A DNA stretch of 64,000 nucleotides from Armatimonadota bacterium (GCA_046292385.1 JBKBRF010000003.1:210231-274230); one strand, 5' to 3'. Shown: positions 9,902 to 20,008, numbered from the stretch's first letter. Made by a program: numbers and translations. Notes: a model not told the origin generated them from the letters alone.

Positions 9902-10164
9902 TCCCGCCAGCGCGATCTGAATCCCCGCTCCCGGGCAGGGGCTCGTGCCCTCGCGCCGTCCCCGATGCGCAGGAAGCGAGTCGTCCCGGGCGTGACTGGA
10001 CTTCACCTATTAATATTAGAAAGACTTGATGCGTTCCGGGTCCAGCCGTCGGTGCCGCGACTACACTGGTCCATTGGACCGTCTCCCGCGGCACCGACCC
10101 GCGGCGGGAGTCGTCTCGGGCGAGCTGGATGGGCGCTGTTTTGTAGGAACGAGGAGCCACGGCC

Positions 10165-12141
10165 TTGGGCACCACAGTCCAGGAGAGCGGGCGAGAGCAG
10201 GAAGAGTGGCCGGCGCTGGGCGGGGTCCGGGACCAGGCGGCGCAGATCCTGGAGAGCATTACCGATGCCTTCTTCGCGGTTGACCGCGACTGGCGGTTCA
10301 CGTACGTAAACCGCCAGGCTGAAACACTGCTGGCCCGCTCGCGCGGATACTTGCTCGGGAAGTGCATCTGGGAGGAGTACTCGCCTCTCAAGCAGACCGA
10401 AGTCCACGACTTGTACCAGCAGGCGATGCACGCCCGGACCACCGCCTCGTTCGAGACCTATTACGAGCCCCACCGGCGGTGGTACGAGGTCCGTGTGTTT
10501 CCCGCGGAAGCAGGGATCTCCGTCTACTTCCGCGACGTCACTCCGCGGAAGCGCTCCGAGGCGCTCCTGCGGGGACAGAAGCGCGTGCTGGAAGGGTTAG
10601 TCAAAGGGGTTCCGCTGCCGGACCTCCTGGCGGAGATCTGCCGGGTGATGGAAGCGCAGGGCGAGGGGCTTCACACCTCGGTGCTGCTGCTCGACGCCGA
10701 CGGCAAGCACCTCCGGCACGGGGCGGGCCCGAGTCTTCCGGCTGCCTACAACGGGGCGATCGACGGCATCGCGACCGGTCCCGAGGTCGGCTCCTGCGGT
10801 ACCGCGGCCTTCACCGGGAAGACGGTAGTTGTCTCCGACATCGCCACCGATCCGCTCTGGGCGAGCTTCCGGGAGCTGGCGCTCGGCTTCGGCCTGCGGG
10901 CGTGCTGGTCTACGCCGATCCTCTCCGAGAAGCAAGAGGTGCTCGGCACCTTTGCGATCTACCACCAGGAGCCCCACGAGCCGGGCCAAGATGAGCGAGC
11001 CGTGGCCGAGGTGCTGGCCCGCACCACCGCGGTCGCCATCGAGTGGCACCGGGCGGGCAGCCGCCTCGCGCGGGCCACGGAAGCGGCCGCCCGCCACGAG
11101 CGGCTACTCAACGCCATCGTCTCCTCCACGCCGGACCTGGTGTATGTCTTCGGCCGGGACCACCGGTTCCAGTACGCCAACCAGGCGCTGCTCGACATGT
11201 GGGGCCGTACGTGGGACGAGGCGATTGGAAAGAACTGCCTGGAGCTCGGCTACGAGCCGTGGCACGCCGAGATGCACGACTGGGAGATCGAGGAAGTGAT
11301 CGCGACGCGGCAGCCGGTCCGCGGCGAGGTACCGTTCCACGGCACGCAGGGGCGGCGCATCTACGACTACATCCTGGTTCCGGTTTTGGACCAGCACGGC
11401 GACGTGGAGATGGTGGCGGGGACCACCCGCGACGTCACCGAGCGCAAGGAGTACGAGGAAGCCGAGCGCAGCGCGCGGGAAGCCGCGGAGCGGGAGCGCA
11501 CCGCGGCGCTCGGGCTGGCGGATGAGCTGCGGCTGGAGCGGGAAAAGCTGGAGCGCGCGAATCAGGACCTCTACGCCCGTACCCAGGAGCTCCGGGTCCA
11601 ACAGGAGCGGCTGCAGAGCCTCACCCGCTACCTGCGCTCCGCCACCCGGTGTGCCGCGCAGATCGCGAGCCTGGATGCTCCGGAGGCGATCTGCCAGACC
11701 GTGGTAGATACCCTGGTCGGCCAGTTCGCGGCGGTGGCCGCAGGGATCTGGCTCTGCTCCCCCCGGCCCGGCTGGCTCCATCTGTCGGCGGCGGCGGGAT
11801 TCCCGGATGCACCGGTGTATGGTCTGGAGCCGCAGGTCGAGGTCGTCCTGAGCGCCTCCAAGCTCGGCTGGGTCGCCCGCGCGCGGCGTCCCTTCATCAC
11901 CAACGAGCTCAGCGGCGAGCTTCAGCTCGATCAGGAGTGGCTTCGCCGGGAGCGGCTGACTGCCGGCGCCTTCGTCCCGATCCTCGGTCCGGACCGCCTG
12001 CACGGGGTGCTGACGGTTTTCGCCTCGGAGCCGCTGCCCCTGGAAGTAGGCGAGGTGCTCACTACCATCGCGGCCTCGATCTCCACGCGCCTCGACTACC
12101 TGGCGCTGGCAAACGAGGTGAAGCCGAATGGCGGTGAGTAA
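10165..12141 (+). CDS. PAS-GAF-PAS-coiled-coil-GAF sensory protein with no recognisable output domain
   Basis: ESITDAFFAVDRDWRFTYVN (PAS), GSCGTAA...ACWSTPI (GAF), second PAS ending TRDVTERK, C-terminal GAF. Confidence 0.8.
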   Translation: MGTTVQESGREQEEWPALGGVRDQAAQILESITDAFFAVDRDWRFTYVNRQAETLLARSRGYLLGKCIWEEYSPLKQTEVHDLYQQAMHARTTASFETYYEPHRRWYEVRVFPAEAGISVYFRDVTPRKRSEALLRGQKRVLEGLVKGVPLPDLLAEICRVMEAQGEGLHTSVLLLDADGKHLRHGAGPSLPAAYNGAIDGIATGPEVGSCGTAAFTGKTVVVSDIATDPLWASFRELALGFGLRACWSTPILSEKQEVLGTFAIYHQEPHEPGQDERAVAEVLARTTAVAIEWHRAGSRLARATEAAARHERLLNAIVSSTPDLVYVFGRDHRFQYANQALLDMWGRTWDEAIGKNCLELGYEPWHAEMHDWEIEEVIATRQPVRGEVPFHGTQGRRIYDYILVPVLDQHGDVEMVAGTTRDVTERKEYEEAERSAREAAERERTAALGLADELRLEREKLERANQDLYARTQELRVQQERLQSLTRYLRSATRCAAQIASLDAPEAICQTVVDTLVGQFAAVAAGIWLCSPRPGWLHLSAAAGFPDAPVYGLEPQVEVVLSASKLGWVARARRPFITNELSGELQLDQEWLRRERLTAGAFVPILGPDRLHGVLTVFASEPLPLEVGEVLTTIAASISTRLDYLALANEVKPNGGE

Positions 12142-12313
12142 TTCCCGCCGAGGTGAGCGCTCCCGTCACCGTTTCTTACTGGATCGTCTCCGGGCCGCGT
12201 GCCGCGCGCTCGAAACATTAAAAGGGGCTGCCTGATTGCTCGTCGCAGCAGACCCGCTGTTTTAGAATGTTCGCATCCTGTCATCCGTGAATCGAGCCGT
12301 TCCGCATCAGGGA

Positions 12314-14914
12314 ATGTCTAAGAACTTGCCCCCCAATCCACTCCCGGCGCCCGAATTGCTGGCAGCGATCATCGAGTCCTCCGATGACGGCATCATCAGC
12401 AAAGATCTGGACGGCATCATCACCTCCTGGAATCACGGAGCGGAGCGCATCTACGGTTACACTCCGGAGGAGATGATCGGCCAGCCGATTCTCAAGCTGA
12501 TCCCGCCGGAGCGGTACGACGAGGAGCCGGAGATCCTGCGGCGCATCGGCCAGGGCCAGCGGGTAGATCACTTCGAGACGGTGCGGGTGCGCAAAGACGG
12601 TACCCGCATCGACGTCTCGGTCACCATCTCTCCCGTGCGCGACGCCACCGGAACGATCGTCGGCGCCTCCAAGATCGCGCGCGACATCACGGAGCAGCGC
12701 CGGCTGCAGTCGCAGCTCCAGGAGCACCAGGAAGAGCTGGAGGCGCTCAACGAGGAGCTGATCACCACCAATGAAGAGCTGATCGCCGCCAACCGGGAGC
12801 TGGCGCACCAGGGAGACCAGCTTCGGGAGGCAAATGTCGCGCTTCAGGAAGAGACGCAAACCGTCGAGACGATCAACCGGGTGGGGCAGTCGCTCTCGGC
12901 GGAGCTGGACCTCCAGAAGCTGGTGCAGCTCGCCACCGACGCGGGGACGCAGCTCACCGGGGCGCAGTTCGGAGCGTTCTTCTACAACGTGGTGAATGAG
13001 AGCGGCGAGTCGTATACGCTCTACACCATCTCAGGCGTCCCGCGGGAAGCGTTCTCGCGCTTCCCGATGCCGCGCAATACGAAGATCTTCTCGCCGACCT
13101 TCAGCGGCGAGGGGGTGGTCCGGCTGGATGACGTGACCCAGGATCCTCGCTACGGGCAGAACCCGCCGTACCACGGAATGCCGGAGGGTCATCTGCCGGT
13201 GCGCAGCTACCTGGCGGTGCCGGTCGTCTCGCGCTCCGGCGAGGTCCTCGGCGGCCTGTTCTTCGGTCACGAGAAGCCGGGGGTGTTTACGGCGCGGGCG
13301 GAGCAGGTGGTCGTCGGGATCGCCGCGCAGGCGGCGGTGGCGATCGACAACGCCCGGCTCTACCAGGAAGCCCAGCGGGAGCTCCAGCAGCGGCAGGAAG
13401 CGGAGGAGGCGCTGCGCCGGAGCGAGGAGCGCCTCCGCGCCATCGTGCAGAACTCTCCGTCGGTCATTTTCCTGAAAGACCTTCAGGGTCGTTACCTCCT
13501 GATGAACCACCACGGCCACACGCTCCTGGCAGACCAGCCGCTGGAGAGTGTCCTCGGGCGAACGGATGAGGAGCTGTTCCCGGGAGAGATCGCCGAGCGG
13601 GTGCGGGAGCACGATGCCCGGGTGCTGGAGGCGGGGGAGGCGCTCCGGTTCGAGGAGACGAGTGAGGACGGGCGTCACTACATCACCCAAAAGTTCGTGC
13701 TGCGGGATCCGGAAGGGCGGCCCTCCGCGCTGGGCGGAATCTCTACCGACATCACCACGCTGCAGCAGCTTCAGGCGGAGCTGCAGCAGCGGGCCGCGGA
13801 GCTGGCCCACGCGGACCGTCAGAAGGACGAGTTCCTGGCGATGCTGGCGCACGAGCTGCGAAACCCGCTGGCGCCGATCCTGAACGCGGTGCAGGTGCTG
13901 CGGGCCCGGGGCGGCCCGGATCCGCTGGTGCAGCGGCAGGGTGCGGTGATCGACCGCCAGGCGCGGCACATGTCACGGCTCCTGGACGACCTGCTCGACG
14001 TCTCTCGCATCACCCAGGGCAAGATCGAGCTGCGCAAGCAGCCGGCCAGCCTATCGGCGGCGGTCGAGCACGCGCTGGAGATCGCGCAGCCCTCCATCCA
14101 GGCGCGGCGGCACGAGTTGAACGTCTCGCTTCCGGAAGACCCGCTCTTCGTGAGCGCGGACCCGACCCGCCTCCACCAGGTGATCGGCAACCTGCTCCAC
14201 AACGCCGCCAAGTACACCCCTGCCGGCGGCCGGATCGAGGTGACGGTGACGCCGCGGGACGGCGAGGCGGAGCTGACGGTCCGCGACAATGGCGTGGGGA
14301 TCTCGCCAGAGTTTCTCCCACGTCTCTTCGACTTGTTCAGCCAGGCAGACCGCTCCCTCGCCCGCACGGAAAGTGGGCTGGGGATCGGGCTGACGATGGT
14401 GAAGCGCCTGATAGAGCTGCACGGCGGGACGGTCGCCGCCCGCAGTGACGGCCCCGGCCACGGCAGTGAGTTCCGGATCCGCCTGCCGCTCCTGACGCGC
14501 AGCGCCGAGCCGGACTCGCACAATACGGCTCCCCACCCCGCGGAAGCCGGGGCCCCCGGGCGCCGGATCCTGATCGTGGACGACAACGAGGATGCCGCGG
14601 AGACGCTGGCCGACCTGGCGACGCTCTGGGGCTACGGGGTGCGCACCGCCCACTCCGGCGCGGCAGCGATCCGCCTGGCCGGCGAGTACCACCCGGAGGT
14701 GGTGCTGCTGGATATCAGCATGCCGGGCATGAGCGGCTACGAGGTGGCGGAGCGGCTGCGGCAGGAGCCCGAGCTGCAGACCAGCCTGCTGATCGCGCTG
14801 ACCGGCTACGGACAGCCGGAGGACCGCCGCCGCACCCGCGAGGCAGGCTTCCACCACCACCTGACAAAACCGGTCGACCCCGACCTCCTCCGGCGCATCC
14901 TGGAAACAACCTGA
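12314..14914 (+). CDS. Hybrid sensor histidine kinase (PAS-GAF-PAS-HisKA-HATPase-REC)
   Basis: LAHELRNPL, NLLHNAAKY, DNGVG, GLGIGL, receiver VDDN...LLDISMP...KP; alternative start 12287. Confidence 0.93.
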   Translation: MSKNLPPNPLPAPELLAAIIESSDDGIISKDLDGIITSWNHGAERIYGYTPEEMIGQPILKLIPPERYDEEPEILRRIGQGQRVDHFETVRVRKDGTRIDVSVTISPVRDATGTIVGASKIARDITEQRRLQSQLQEHQEELEALNEELITTNEELIAANRELAHQGDQLREANVALQEETQTVETINRVGQSLSAELDLQKLVQLATDAGTQLTGAQFGAFFYNVVNESGESYTLYTISGVPREAFSRFPMPRNTKIFSPTFSGEGVVRLDDVTQDPRYGQNPPYHGMPEGHLPVRSYLAVPVVSRSGEVLGGLFFGHEKPGVFTARAEQVVVGIAAQAAVAIDNARLYQEAQRELQQRQEAEEALRRSEERLRAIVQNSPSVIFLKDLQGRYLLMNHHGHTLLADQPLESVLGRTDEELFPGEIAERVREHDARVLEAGEALRFEETSEDGRHYITQKFVLRDPEGRPSALGGISTDITTLQQLQAELQQRAAELAHADRQKDEFLAMLAHELRNPLAPILNAVQVLRARGGPDPLVQRQGAVIDRQARHMSRLLDDLLDVSRITQGKIELRKQPASLSAAVEHALEIAQPSIQARRHELNVSLPEDPLFVSADPTRLHQVIGNLLHNAAKYTPAGGRIEVTVTPRDGEAELTVRDNGVGISPEFLPRLFDLFSQADRSLARTESGLGIGLTMVKRLIELHGGTVAARSDGPGHGSEFRIRLPLLTRSAEPDSHNTAPHPAEAGAPGRRILIVDDNEDAAETLADLATLWGYGVRTAHSGAAAIRLAGEYHPEVVLLDISMPGMSGYEVAERLRQEPELQTSLLIALTGYGQPEDRRRTREAGFHHHLTKPVDPDLLRRILETT

Positions 14915-14925
14915 AGGTTGGAGTC

Positions 14926-15094
14926 GTGTAAGAAAAGGAGATGAGGGGATGAATTGGAGATAAGGGGATGAAAACTTCTTGCTCTCGCCTGACGAGAGGC
15001 CCCTGCGACCACGCGCCCCTGACGGCCTCGTGGTCAATCACAGCGCTGTAGATCCGGCCTGATCAGAATCATCCCCTCATCTCCCTTCTTACAC
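14926..15094. mobile_element. MITE-like element with ~26-bp imperfect terminal inverted repeats
   Basis: gtgtaagaaaaggagatgaggggatga (14926-14952) vs tcatcccctcatctcccttcttacac (15069-15094); no coding capacity. Confidence 0.55.
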
Positions 15095-15174
15095 AGCGCG
15101 GCTGATGCCGCAACCAAACTCAAGGCGGCGGGAGATTGCTTGGTTGGACGAGAGCGACAGCGCGCCGAGGATCC

Positions 15175-15744
15175 ACCCCGCGCCCTCCCCACCCGGAGCG
15201 GCCCTCCCGCGTGGGTGGCCCTCCCGCAGTCCTTTCACGCCCTCCGGGCTAGCGGACTGCTCCGGGCGTGTCCATCGGTTGGCTGTGCTCCGCGTTCGCG
15301 GCCTGCGGTAGTTGCGATGCGGCGACTCACGGACCGCTCCAGGCGGCTCAAGCGATCCCGAAGGCTTTCGGGATCACAAGGGAACCCCTCCAGCCCTGCC
15401 TCCGGCAGCGCTTCCGGGCTTCGCAGATCCCCACGCCCCGGGGGCGCGAAGCCGGTCGTGCTACACCGGCTTGAGGCAATCCGTCGGCTGCCGACCGTGG
15501 CCAGACCGCAGGCGCCCGCCGGGTGCCAGTTGTGGCCACCCCTGGGCGGCAGGGGTGGTAGCTCGAAGGGGCGGGAGGCAGCCCGTGAGCTCCCCTGTCG
15601 GTGCGGGTTACGCTTCCTGGCGCGGGAAGAGCTTTTCGACGGAAGCTCCCGCAGCGGCCTGCTAACGGAGCGCAGCGGAGTGTAAAAAGGCCGCGGAGGG
15701 CCTTCGTCGCGGGAGGGCTGCCTCCCGGCACAAGGGCGCGGGGT
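15175..15744 (-). ncRNA. OLE (ornate, large, extremophilic)-like RNA
   Basis: 12-bp closing helix 15175-15186/15733-15744; internal helices 15573-15584/15715-15726, 15536-15544/15550-15558, 15354-15362/15367-15375, 15226-15232/15254-15260; minus-strand segments (CCGUUAG, CGAAAAGCUCUUCC, GGUCUGGCC, GCUUGAGC, GAUGGAC, GCAGUCC...AGGACUGCGGG) occur in the order I recall for OLE RNA; length ~570 nt. Confidence 0.75.
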
Positions 15745-15893
15745 CGGGTCGCGGGATCGATGCTGCATCTCGAAGCGAAGCTAAAGCTCCACACAACTGG
15801 CGCCCTCCGGCTCCGCGAGGCCCGGGCGCGCGATGATCGCCAGCAGAATCCGCGCATCCCGGCAAGATTCTCGCGGCGAGTAGTACAGATGCT

Positions 15894-17912
15894 TCAGAAG
15901 AGAGCTTCCCGTGAGCGAGCCAGTTCGAGCAGGCGGTCGAAGTCTTCTTCCAGGACGTAGCGGTCCTGGATCAGGGTGCGGGCGGCGGCGGTGTACTGCT
16001 CCAGGTAGTCCGCGAAGGTAGGGTAGCGCTCCCGCAGGGACGGGCGCGGGTCGCCGGCGCGGAGGCGGTCTTCTCTCGTCTTGAGGAACGGGATCGCGGC
16101 GCCGGTAAGGCTAAGTAGCTCCCCGTCGGCGCCGGCGGCGGGGTTCCGCAGGTTCCAGCCGGTGTAGGTGGCGGTGGGGACGGCGACGTTCGGGAGCAGC
16201 AGCATGCCGCGCTCGTTGTTGTCGTCGCCGACCGCCGGCACCAGCACGGTGTAGCTCCCCTTCACCTGCGGCGGGTGCTCCGTGATGATCCGCTTTGCCG
16301 CCCACTCCGGCCCGAAGTCGAGCCACGCCGGCTCCTGGATCACCTCCGGGTAGCGGACTCCGGGCAGCGGCCGCCAGCCGGAGCGGTCCCCCTGCCACGG
16401 CACCAGCGTGCCGTCCGCGATGCGGGGGTAGGCGCTGGGGGGTGGGGTCTTGCCCTCGCGGATCCAGCCGTCGAGCGCGAGCAGCAGCGCGCGGAGGACC
16501 GGGCGGTAGTCGGTGTGGTTCGCCGGCAGCTGGCCGAGCGGATGCGGCTCCGCGGAGGGCAGGCCGCTGCCCGGACCGTGCTGCGCGCCGCCGAGGGAGT
16601 AGATGCGGACTTCCGGAGGGATCACGCTGTCGCGCTTCCCGGCCGGGTCGGTGTGGACCAGCGACCCGCTGCGGTGCCAGTACTCTGCGGAGGTCTGCAC
16701 GTGGAACACCTTCGGCACCACCTTCGCCGCCCGCGCCTTGCGCAGGATGCTGTCGGTCCGGCCGCTGAACGGGTCCTTTTCGTCGCCGTAGGCGAACGGG
16801 AAGAGATCGACCGGGTAGAGGTGATGGTCGTGCTGACCGCTGTGGCGCGTGGGCGAGGCGAAGCGGTGATTGAAGAAGCCCAGCCCGGCGCCCGCGACGT
16901 GCGGCATGAGCCCGTCGAAGACGATCCGGCCCTGCTCGTCCGCGTTGAAGCCGTCGTAGGTGAACTGCCGGAGGGCGCGCCCGCTCTGCGAGATGCCGAA
17001 TCCGATCGCGCGCTTCGCGGCGGGGGTGCCGTCGGACCGCCGCAGCGGATTCTTCGTGCCGCGCTCGTGCTTCAGGAACGAGATCAGGTCCCGCATCCCC
17101 GCGAAGCCGGTCCCCTGCACCAGCGGCCCCTCCGCCTGGTAGATCAGCTCGTAGATGTAGCCGGGCCGGAAGCCGCCGGAGAGGACCAACTCCACCAGGG
17201 GGAGCTTGCCCTTCACGCCGTCGGCCTCCACCGGCTTCTGCTCCAGGTGCCACTGGTCGATCGGGATCGCGACCCGCGGGTCGGACTCTCGCTGCCGCCA
17301 GGTGAGGCGGGCGGCGCGGAGTGTAGGGGGAAAGAACGGGTAGCTGCCGTGTCCCGCCCAGTGGGCGATGCTCAGCCGCTCCGCCGGCCGGTCCGGCACC
17401 AGCTCCGCGCGGACCCACCCGCGGAGCGGCCGTCCGTTGGCGGTCGCCACCGGCGCGTCGAGGCGCAGGCGCCCGCCGCCCGGCAGCAGCTCGCCGATCC
17501 AGCCGCTGGAGACGACGATGTAGCCGTACCGCATCAGGAAGTCGGGCGCGCCCCCGTTGAACGCGCCACCCGCCGTGACTCCGCCGCGGTTGTTCACGTC
17601 GTAGAGCAGCGTGCCGTTCGCCCGGTCCGGGTCGGCCGGCGTCAGGATCTCGACATCGGCGCTGAGCTCCACCTTCCCCGCCGCGTTCCGCGATGCCAGC
17701 TCCAGGTCGACGACGCTCTTGTTCGCCGCGTGCTCCGGATCGAGCTCGAAGTGGGCGCGCCCGGTGAGCCGCTGGTAGGCGCCCACGCGCGGGAGCTCTT
17801 TTCCGCCCGCGTAGGGCTCCCGCCCCGTGATCTCCAGGCGAGTGAGGGAGGCCTCCGCGGCGGAGGGCACCGCCAGGAGGGCGGCGAGGGCGACGAGGTG
17901 ACGGAGCTTCAT
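15894..17912 (-). CDS. Secreted alpha/beta-hydrolase-domain protein
   Basis: Signal peptide MKLRHLVALAALL, YDVNNRG, GISQSGR nucleophile elbow, TSAEYW, ATYTGWN. Confidence 0.8.
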   Translation of the reverse strand: MKLRHLVALAALLAVPSAAEASLTRLEITGREPYAGGKELPRVGAYQRLTGRAHFELDPEHAANKSVVDLELASRNAAGKVELSADVEILTPADPDRANGTLLYDVNNRGGVTAGGAFNGGAPDFLMRYGYIVVSSGWIGELLPGGGRLRLDAPVATANGRPLRGWVRAELVPDRPAERLSIAHWAGHGSYPFFPPTLRAARLTWRQRESDPRVAIPIDQWHLEQKPVEADGVKGKLPLVELVLSGGFRPGYIYELIYQAEGPLVQGTGFAGMRDLISFLKHERGTKNPLRRSDGTPAAKRAIGFGISQSGRALRQFTYDGFNADEQGRIVFDGLMPHVAGAGLGFFNHRFASPTRHSGQHDHHLYPVDLFPFAYGDEKDPFSGRTDSILRKARAAKVVPKVFHVQTSAEYWHRSGSLVHTDPAGKRDSVIPPEVRIYSLGGAQHGPGSGLPSAEPHPLGQLPANHTDYRPVLRALLLALDGWIREGKTPPPSAYPRIADGTLVPWQGDRSGWRPLPGVRYPEVIQEPAWLDFGPEWAAKRIITEHPPQVKGSYTVLVPAVGDDNNERGMLLLPNVAVPTATYTGWNLRNPAAGADGELLSLTGAAIPFLKTREDRLRAGDPRPSLRERYPTFADYLEQYTAAARTLIQDRYVLEEDFDRLLELARSREALF

Positions 17913-18040
17913 CGGCGTTCTCGATCTCGAAAGGTGAGGTAGGGGGCAGGGCAATTATGCCGCGAATCGGGGGAGCGGAGGGCGCGCGGCGCGCGGCGGT
18001 GAATGGCGAGTCAGAGCCCCTCCCTCCCGCCTCTACTGCC

Positions 18041-19726
18041 ATGTCGATTCCTCTCCGAGCCCTCGCGATCGTCTCCGGCGTGACCGCCCTCTTCGCCGCC
18101 TCCTGGCTGCCGGCTTCGGAAGAGACGGCGACCTCCGTCCGTGTCCGCGTGGCGGATCCCTCGGGCAAGCCGCTGCCCGCCCGCCTCACCGTCACCGGAG
18201 CCGACGGAAGCCTGGCGGAGTTGGAGCCGGAAAAGCAGCCGTGGATCGCCTCCCGCCGCGGGGTGATCTACACCGGCACCGGCGAGGCCCGCTTCCGCGT
18301 GCCGCCGGGGCGCTACACCCTCTACGCCAACCGGGGGCTGGAGTACGGGCTGGTCCAGCGGCCGCTCGACGCCACCGGCGGCAGCCTGGATCTGAGCCTG
18401 ACGCTGACGCGGGAGGTCGACACCCGCGGCTACGTCGCCTGCGACCCGCACATCCACACGCTCACGCACAGCGGGCACGGCGACGCCACCGTAGAAGAGC
18501 GGATGGCGACGATCGCGGGCGAGGGGATCGAGCTGGCGATCTCGACCGAGCACAACCACCACGTCGACTACGCCCCGGCCGCGGAGGCGACCCGCACCCG
18601 GCCGCACTTTACGCCGGTGATCGGGAACGAGGTGACCACGCCCCAGGGCCACTTCAACGCGTTTCCGGTCCGCCCCGGCAGTCCGGTGCCGGACGCGAAG
18701 GTGACCGACTGGTCGATCCTGCTTCCCGCCATCCGCGCCACGCCCGGCGTCCGGGTGGTGGTGCTGAACCACCCGCGGAACAACCACTCCGGATTCGTCC
18801 CCACCGACCCTTCCCGCTTCCACGCCGGGAGCGGCGAGAGCCTCGACGAGCGGCCGTGGAGCTTCGACGGCGTCGAGGTGGTGACCTCCGCCGCGCTGCA
18901 GAGCGACGTCATGAAGCCGTACCGGGACTGGTTCGCGCTGCTCAACCGCGGCGTGAGCGTCGCCGGGCTCGGCTCCAGCGACAGCCACGAAGTGAGCCGC
19001 TTCATCCTGGGCCAGGGCCGCACGTACGTGGCCAGCACGGCGGAGGACGCCTCCCAGATCGACGTGCAGGAGGCGTGCGACAGCGTGCTGGCCGGACGGG
19101 TGCTGGCGAGCCTGGGGCTGCTCACGGAAATATGGGTCGACGGAGCGGCGAGCGGCGGCCTTTCCCGGGTGGAAGACACCCGGATGCGCGTGCGGGTGCG
19201 CGTGCAGGGCCCCCGCTGGATCAACGCCGACCGGCTGGAGCTGTATGCCAACGGTAAAGTGATCGCCTCGCGTCCGATCGTCCACCGGAACGATGCCGTG
19301 GTGAAGGCCCACCTCACGCTGGAGCTGCCGCGCCCGAAGCACGATGTCTGGCTGGTGGCGGTGGCGACCGGGCCCGGCGTCACCGCTCCCTACTGGCCCA
19401 CGCCGCGGCCGTACCAGCCCGACCGCCCGGACTGGGAGCCGCGTGTCCTCGGCTCCAGCGGCGTGGTGCGCGTGGACGGCGACCGGAACGGCCGGTACAC
19501 CAGCCCGTACGAGCGGGCGCGGCTGCTGGTGCAGGAGTCCGCCGCCGAGCCGGACCGGGTCCTCTCCGCCCTCTCCCTGTACGACGAGGCGACGGCCGTG
19601 CAGGCCGCCTCCCTCCTTCGCGCCCGGGGGGTGGACCTTCGCTCCAATACCTGGCGAAGGGCCATCGAGACCGCGCCCGAGCACGTGCGGCACGGATTCG
19701 TCGCCTACCAGAACATGCTCCCGTAG
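18041..19726 (+). CDS. CehA/McbA-like PHP-family metallohydrolase, secreted
   Basis: DPHIHT...GD, STEHN, GNEVTT..GHFN, NHP, SSDSH motifs; RGLEY in the N-terminal domain. Confidence 0.8.
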   Translation: MSIPLRALAIVSGVTALFAASWLPASEETATSVRVRVADPSGKPLPARLTVTGADGSLAELEPEKQPWIASRRGVIYTGTGEARFRVPPGRYTLYANRGLEYGLVQRPLDATGGSLDLSLTLTREVDTRGYVACDPHIHTLTHSGHGDATVEERMATIAGEGIELAISTEHNHHVDYAPAAEATRTRPHFTPVIGNEVTTPQGHFNAFPVRPGSPVPDAKVTDWSILLPAIRATPGVRVVVLNHPRNNHSGFVPTDPSRFHAGSGESLDERPWSFDGVEVVTSAALQSDVMKPYRDWFALLNRGVSVAGLGSSDSHEVSRFILGQGRTYVASTAEDASQIDVQEACDSVLAGRVLASLGLLTEIWVDGAASGGLSRVEDTRMRVRVRVQGPRWINADRLELYANGKVIASRPIVHRNDAVVKAHLTLELPRPKHDVWLVAVATGPGVTAPYWPTPRPYQPDRPDWEPRVLGSSGVVRVDGDRNGRYTSPYERARLLVQESAAEPDRVLSALSLYDEATAVQAASLLRARGVDLRSNTWRRAIETAPEHVRHGFVAYQNMLP

Positions 19727-19812
19727 TAGCGGCGCCGCGCAACTCCACGCGTCCGCGCCGACCGCCGGGAATGAGTAGGCGAGGCCGTGCCTCAAAGCCC
19801 CCGGTCGCCAAC

Positions 19813-19840
19813 GAGCAAGAGCAAGAGCAAGAGCAGGAGC
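19813..19840 (+). repeat. Short tandem repeat (gagcaa)n
   Basis: gagcaa gagcaa gagcaa gagcag gagc. Confidence 0.6.
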
Positions 19841-20008
19841 ACCGTTACCGGAAGGCGCGGCCTGCCCTCGCCAGCTCGACACCCTATCCCCTGAACCCTG
19901 GACCCTTGTCGCCGCAGGCCTCCAGCCTGCGGCGACACTGCCGATAATGCTTTCGCTGGAGCCGGACCGAGGCGGAGCTCCTGCGGTGGAGGGAGTGCTG
20001 GAGGGGGA

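Noticed and set aside
15105..15960. Several 60-180-aa ORFs on both strands over the OLE-like region
   Set aside because: Arg/Pro/Ala-rich, no recognisable motifs or RBS; better explained by a GC-rich structured RNA.
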